DNA from: Lama guanicoe
Lineage: Eukaryota
Assembly (NCBI GenBank): GCA_013239625.1
Contig: MU053216.1
Location: forward strand, 1,328,943 to 1,392,942
Length of the DNA stretch: 64,000 bases
Reading direction: 5' to 3'
Numbering within the stretch: the first letter of the stretch is position 1; each line of letters opens with the position of its first letter. Positions 59,401 through 64,000 of this stretch are shown here, one piece after another. The notes beneath the pieces are model-generated. The model saw only the letters and a program-made list of their open reading frames with translations. It had not been told where the DNA came from and did no database searches. The translations under genes were made by a program, and so were the position numbers.

Positions 59401-62288
59401 GCACTTCCGGGGGCAGCGGGGGAGAGGGAGCCGGGGCGCCCCGCGGAGGAACCCCGGGAGAAGGCACCTGGCTCAGGCTGGCCTGCAGGGCCCGGGGCCC
59501 CGCGGAGCTGCTCTCCTGGGGCCCGTCCCCCAGAACTCGCTCCACCGGGGACACCCGCGGAAACCTGCACACTGACAGGAGGGTCACTGCTCGCCCATGT
59601 GGGAAAGGGGACCAAGGCCAAATCCGCTAGAAACTCCAGGAGAGGCAGTGACGCTGGAATGCCATGAGGGGAGGCTCTGGGGTCCTGGAGAAGACCAGGC
59701 TGTTCTCTTTTTACCCCAGATTTTCCCCCGTGGATCAGCAAGGCCATCACCTCCCTGTTGCTCTTTTCCATCCATCCCTCAACGAGGTCCATGGAGCACT
59801 GGCCCGAACCCCAGTCCACAGGAGGGCCACTGTGACCCCAGGCTCTTAAGTCCACTCCCCAAACATGAGGGACCAGAGACCAAAACGGAACTTGTTCCCT
59901 TTTTAAAAAAGGCCTCCAGGTCTCCCATCCCACTGACCCTCAAGAAAACGGAGGACTGTTTGGAAACAAGCCTATTTCACCGGAGGAAGTAAGGACCAAG
60001 GCCCCTGGGTGCCCATCCCCAGCAGCAGGAAAACACAGACGCATGCTGCAGGCTACTGACCGCCCGCAAGGCTCCCCCGGGCCTTTCCCGCCATGCCCCA
60101 CTCTCTGGGATCCCGGCATTTCAACGTTTTTCTGGATGGCTTCCTCCCCGAGCCCCAAGGACCACCTCTCTACTCCCCAGCCCCAGGGCAGGGATGATGG
60201 AGGAGGTCATACCCCAAGCATCTTGCCCCGACTTCACCACACCCCCCACCCCTACACACATACCCAGATCACCTTCACATTCCTGCACACACCCTCTTTC
60301 CAAACACGCTAGCCCGAGCCCTCCAGGCTGACCACCTCCTCCTCTGCCCAGGCTGAGGCCAGCAGTGGAGGGCCTGCTCTGGGTCTCCCTAAGAGCCCAC
60401 AGCCCTCTCCTCCCCCTCCCCTACAGTCTGGTCACATTCTTCCCACGACAAACAGAAGACTTGACTCTGTGCACAGCTGGCACCCAGCCTCCACCTTGCC
60501 CATCCCCCAGCGCCAGGTGGGGGGTGATGGAAGCTTCTAGAATCAGCTCATAGCATATTTTTTAATGCACAAAAGAAAATGAAGAGGGTCACTAAGAGAA
60601 CCAATTATACTGAAACACAGTTCTAAAGACAGAAAAACATATATATATATATATGTATGTATGTATGTATTTGTTTATTCATGTTAAACAGGACCCTGAA
60701 GTGGGCAATTCCATAGCAGTGACGACTGGAAATAGTGTTTCAAGACAGCCGCAGCAACGGCACTGTGATGTGAACCCCCCGGGACGCCTACCCAGGGCAA
60801 GCCACAGGCACTGCCAGCGCTTCCTTGCCTTCACGACTGCAGGTGATGCTAAATCTCAGTAAAGGCTGGCGGCAAGCACACCTCTCCCCTCTAAGTTCAC
60901 GACCCTCTGAACTCTAGCCACAGGTGCGCTGGTGCCCAGGCATTCAGGTAAGAACTGCGCCCTCAGGTCATCTCCCATCTCTGAGTGCAGGCAGAGAAGC
61001 ACAGATGACCAGTCGCTGCCCTGACCCCCTGCAATTCTCAAAGACCCCTCAGATTCACACGCAGCGTTTCCCAGCCCAGCAGGCCCTGAGGTTTGGAATG
61101 AGGCTGGCAAACCAACTCTCCCGAGAACTCCCGAGCCCGTGGGTCTCAGCATCTGTCATGCCGTTCGACTCAAAATATCCAGGGAGAGGTGGGCATTCCA
61201 GAGGCCTGCTGAGAAGTGGGGCTCAGCAGCCTGCTCCCCGCCAGCGCCCCAAGCCCCAAACCCCAGGGCATCATCACCAAGACCTCCAGTGGATGAGGAA
61301 GTGGGGTTTCCTTGCATAACATTCGAGCACTTGGAATCCGATCTTTGAAAGAGGGAGAAAAGCTGCATCTCTTTAGGGTTTTCATTTCCTAAGAAAAAGT
61401 TCTGAATCAGAAATCTCCCACATCCTGCAGCCATCGACTCACACTCTCCATCACTTTTTTTTAAAGTTCCTTCTTTAAGTTTCTTATGATACACGAGACT
61501 GAAGTTAAAGCAAGGGCCTGTACCATCTCCACACCCCCTCCAGCACCCAGCAAAGCACGGTCTCAGGCACTCCTAAAATTTCACTTGAAGAATTAACAAG
61601 CCGATAGCCGCTCCAACCGACTCACTGGGAAACATCCCGGGACCCTCCAGGAGAAGCGGGTGGGAGATGGTTCCTGAACTGTTTTCTTTCTCCTCTCCCG
61701 CTTCCCACCGGGAAAGGTGCTCGCCTCCAGCGAGCGATGGTGGAGTGGGCTGGGACAGGGGACTCCACAACAGCCTGGAATGCGCGCCGGAATCAGACCT
61801 CTAGGCTCTCCTTAAAAAGCCCCTTTGTCCGGTCCACCCTGCTCCCCTCCCCCACCGCGCCCTCCGCGTCCAGGCGGCCCGGGACTCGGCTCCTTTTGTC
61901 TGGCTTCCCGGAACCTGGCCAGGGGACCCACAGGCGTGGGGAAGGTCGGAGGAGAAAGGTCGAGCAGGCGGAAACAGGCATTTTTGGTAGGAACTCGGAA
62001 TTCCCACCCCCCGGCAAACCACCGCCCCCACTTCCCCGTAGGGCCCCCCTCCGCTAGGGCGGAAGGCCGTGGGTTAGGGGCTCCATCCCCCCAGCTCACC
62101 CGCTGCGCCCCCGGCGCTCCCCCTTACCTGTCCCATGGAGGTCCCGCGCCGCCCGCCAGCCCCCGCGCCCCCCGCGCGCGCCTTGCAGCCTCAGGACCTG
62201 CTCGTCCGGGCCAGCTGTCCTCCCCCCGCGGCTCCTCCCGGCCTCCCCTCCCCGGAGGTATTTCATTTAACTTCGGCATTTGCAGCAT
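44341..62288 (-). CDS. INAVA: Innate immunity activator INAVA (C1orf106), 10 coding exons, CUPID/DUF3338 domain
   Basis: Exons translate to MLQMPKLNEIPPGR..., MESKDEVSDTDSGIILQSGPDSP, ELTGTLPAEYPLKPGEKAPKVRRRIG, WKETSLDHPYEKP, RPHSLDR, ...GEVVSQV*, matching the human protein as recalled. Confidence 0.96.
45085..45310 (-). mobile_element. MIR
   Basis: AACTCATTTA...CTTTTACGGAGGGAGTAACAGGGTCAGAAGAGTTAACTAACTTGCCCA...GTAAGTGGCAGGGCTG. Confidence 0.75.
45780..46357 (-). CDS. INAVA: INAVA exon 9, interrupted by an assembly gap; CpG-island-like
   Basis: ccgcag|G ACG GAC (TDPSRAGPDGRGRSALPRRRPTYYTVT...) and ...RTPSLRDSPAGRGLSRAAVSEELKSWHERAR...HTQ|gtacgg. Confidence 0.92.
46016..46223. other. Assembly gap (208 N) inside an INAVA coding exon
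   Basis: N run in very GC-rich sequence. Confidence 1.
46600..46812 (+). mobile_element. MLT1 (ERVL-MaLR) LTR fragment
   Basis: CCAAGGGGAGAGGCCTCGGGAGAAAC...CTTCCAGCCTCCAGACTGGGAGA...AGCCACCCAGCTGTGGT..GGCAGCCC. Confidence 0.75.
47165..47736. mobile_element. TcMar-Tigger non-autonomous element (MER82-like)
   Basis: Terminal inverted repeats CAGTGGATTCTCATTATT / AATAATGAGAATCAACTG (17/18 match) with TA after the right end. Confidence 0.85.
48120..48293 (-). CDS. INAVA: INAVA exon 8 (SSPATTPQDGPSASSLWLLEP...GQSQSL)
   Basis: ttccag|CAG and |gtaaga; phase 2-2. Confidence 0.94.
48450..48660 (-). CDS. INAVA: INAVA exon 7 (ETPQGPKPPPE...WKETSLDHPYEKPRRSSEAGSES)
   Basis: cctgcag| and |gtcagg; phase 1-2. 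Confidence 0.94.
49486..49539 (-). CDS. INAVA: INAVA exon 6 (ELSASDDSSLSDGLLLEE)
   Basis: ccccag| and |gtgaga; phase 1-1. Confidence 0.94.
49835..50595 (+). mobile_element. L1 3' fragment with A-rich tail
   Basis: CATCAGGGAAATGCAAATC..ACTACAGTGAGATACCACCTCAC, CCCAATGTTCATAGCAGCATTATTCACAATAG, TATGCTAAGTGAAATAAGTCAG. Confidence 0.9.
51355..51564. mobile_element. MER58A-like hAT-Charlie
   Basis: TTTTATAAATAAAGTTTTACTG...GGCCCACAAAGCCTGAAAGACTTACTATCTGGACCTTGACAGAAGTTTGTCAACCTCTG. Confidence 0.8.
52152..52350. mobile_element. MER3/MER33-like hAT-Charlie
   Basis: CACTAGCTGCATGTGGCTATTG, CCAAGTGCTCAG, AGTGGCTGCCA, TAGAACTTTCCATCATC. Confidence 0.7.
54401..54620 (-). CDS. INAVA: INAVA exon 5 (DPLSGLERELALQLQIAEAARRLC...PAPGP)
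   Basis: cccccag| and |gtgaga; phase 0-1; coiled coil. Confidence 0.95.
55123..55239 (-). CDS. INAVA: INAVA exon 4 (ELTGTLPAEYPLKPGEKAPKVRRRIGAVYRLDERALHRE)
   Basis: ccgcag| and |gtgagg; phase 0-0; CUPID core. Confidence 0.96.
55680..55804 (-). CDS. INAVA: INAVA exon 3 (GPDSPVSPAKELTHAVRKQQRALEERLEACLEELRRLCLREA)
   Basis: ccctag| and |gtgaga; phase 1-0. Confidence 0.95.
56458..56606 (-). CDS. INAVA: INAVA exon 2, containing the short-isoform ATG at 56512 (MESKDEVSDTDSGIILQS)
   Basis: ttttaaaag|CTGGGG; GCCATGG Kozak context; |gtgagt. Confidence 0.93.
59188..59560 (-). promoter_or_regulatory. INAVA: Candidate internal promoter and non-coding first exon for the short INAVA isoform
   Basis: CpG-rich patch, GAG|gtgaca donor at 59188, AP-1 TGAGTCA 59328-59334, ETS CCGGAAGTG 59402-59410. 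Confidence 0.5.
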
Positions 62289-62940
62289 CCCAAATGTTAA
62301 AGATCCCAAGACATCTGTCCCCTGGGGCGTACCAAGGCCCAGAGGAAAGAGGGGAAAGACGCAGGAAGGGCTCGAGATTCCGAGCCCGGAGCCGAGGCGG
62401 GGCCGCGCGGCGGGGCGGGGGGGTGCCCGCGGGGGTGGGCGTCCCGCGGGGACCCGGGCGCGGGGCGAGGCCGGCCCCCTCCTCCCGCTGCCGATCGCGC
62501 GCGCGGCGGGACACCCCCGCGCCGCCAGTTCCCGCGGCCCGGCGGGGGAGGCTCCTCTCGGGCCGGGGCCGCCTTCCCTCCGCGCGCTGCGGCCGGGCCG
62601 GCAGCTTCCGCGCCCGGAGACCCCGGCGGAGTGAAGGGGTTGCGGGGGCGCGGCGCTCACCCCCGCGGGCGCCCCCCGCGCCGCCGCGCCCCCTCCCCCG
62701 CGCCGCGGCCCCGCCGTCCCCTGGACTCCCTGCGGCCCCTCCCAGCCTCCTCCGGAGCTGGCGGACCAGGCGGGAGAGGGAGGCGCGCGCTCCAGGGGGT
62801 GGCAGGGGGCGCCTCCTGCTGCGGACCGCGCGCCCCGCGCCCCGCCCGTCATTCATTCACTCACCCAACTGAAACGCCGCCCCGCTCTCACTTGTTCAGT
62901 AGAGACTGACTGAGCGCCTACTAGTGCCCGGCCTGGCGGC
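62040..62940 (-). promoter_or_regulatory. INAVA: CpG island, INAVA upstream promoter
   Basis: Very high GC and CpG, several GGGCGG boxes, surrounds exon 1. Confidence 0.85.
62128..62288 (-). CDS. INAVA: INAVA exon 1 of the long isoform (MLQMPKLNEIPPGRGG...PPWD)
   Basis: ATG at 62288; AG|gtaagg phase 2, joins exon 2 in frame. Confidence 0.88.
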
Positions 62941-63421
62941 GGATCAAAGTTCAAGGGCCGTGGGGATCCCCGAGCAATCACTCAGCAGCAGTATCAGAGA
63001 AGACAGGCCAACGGGACCCAGGCCGAGAACTGCCCAGAGGAGGCCTTGGCAGGGCGGTGAGGAGGAACCCAACGCAGCAGTGACCGGATGTACAAAGGCC
63101 AAGTGGCGAAGGAGCTCAGGAGGTTCCAGGAGCTGAGGAATGTGGGGCTAGGAGAGGAAGAGTGGTGAGGCTGCAGCGGCCAGCCAGGGGCCGGCAGGAG
63201 GCAGAGCCGCCCTGTGTGGTTGTCCAGGTTGTGCACCAAACTAAGAGGGAAAGCTCACCCGGGCTCCGCCCACCAAGCCGTGTGGATTTCTGCCAGAGCC
63301 ACATGTGCCTAGAGGCAGTGGCTTTTTCCAATTTGTCCAGAGGCGCTGGGTAAGCTAACTTGGCTGAGGAGCCCTGTGGGTTAGCTAAGGATCTAAGATT
63401 TTTATCCTGAAATTGAAGAGA

Positions 63422-63846
63422 TGCTCTGGGGAAACAGAACCAGTAGCAGATCCCTCTCTGCTCTGTGTATGTGTGAATGTGTGTGTGTCTACATATATAG
63501 AGAGACAGGAATTGGTTCACCCTATTCAAAAGGCTGACAGGTCCACAGGCTGGAGACCCAGGGAAAAGTTGCAGTCCAAAGGCTGCCTGCTTGTAGAATT
63601 CCATCTTTATCAGAAGTCAGTAGGGTTTTTTTCTTTTATTCAGGTCTTCAACTGATTGGATGTGGCCCACTCACATTCTGGAAGGTTATCTCCTTCACTC
63701 AGAGTCTACTCTTTATTTAAATGTTAATTTCATCATCATCAAAAAAAAAACCTCACAAACAAACCTTCACAGAAACATCTGGAATAACATTTGACCAAAC
63801 ACTGGGTACTATGGCCTAACCAAGTCGACACATTAAATTAACCATC
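63422..63846 (+). mobile_element. MLT2 (ERVL) LTR
   Basis: GAAACAGAACCAGTAG, GGAATTGGTTCAC, TTCAACTGATTGGATGTGGCCCACTCACATT, ACACATTAAATTAACCATC. Confidence 0.85.
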
Positions 63847-64000
63847 GAATGATGAAGACCGCATCCAGGAACAACTTGGGCAGACTCCACCTTTCGGCCA
63901 CGTGGGTGTGTGAGCTATTGGAGGGGGAGAGCTGAGAAACAGGGGGACCAAGGAGAGACAGTAATCCTGGCCGGCAGTGACAGAGCCTGAATTCACGTGG

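Noticed and set aside
61825..62909. Several Pro/Arg/Gly-rich ORFs of about 200-270 aa
   Set aside because: CpG-island shadow ORFs; only 62128-62288 on - matches INAVA.

Overview
Mammalian genomic DNA, GC-rich, probably from a camelid (four copies of a tRNA-derived SINE resembling the camelid Vic-1 family). It contains two N gaps (28706-28834, 46016-46223). I reconstructed three spliced genes by hand from GT-AG boundaries and exon phases. (1) The 3' end of KIF21B on + (WD40 tail exons from 554, two alternative last coding exons, 3' UTR to a poly(A) signal at 10153). (2) An apparently intact 22-exon maestro HEAT-like repeat gene on - (13834-41301, 2670 nt, 889 aa), lying where human carries the pseudogene MROH3P. 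(3) INAVA/C1orf106 on - (44341-62288, 10 coding exons, one interrupted by a gap) with a CpG-island promoter. The rest is introns and UTRs with SINE, L1, L2, MIR, MLT and MER elements plus a 1.6 kb CA-type array. Gene names rest on my recall of the human proteins and of INAVA-MROH3P-KIF21B synteny; no database search was run. No prokaryotic systems, CRISPR arrays or genuine RNA genes were seen.
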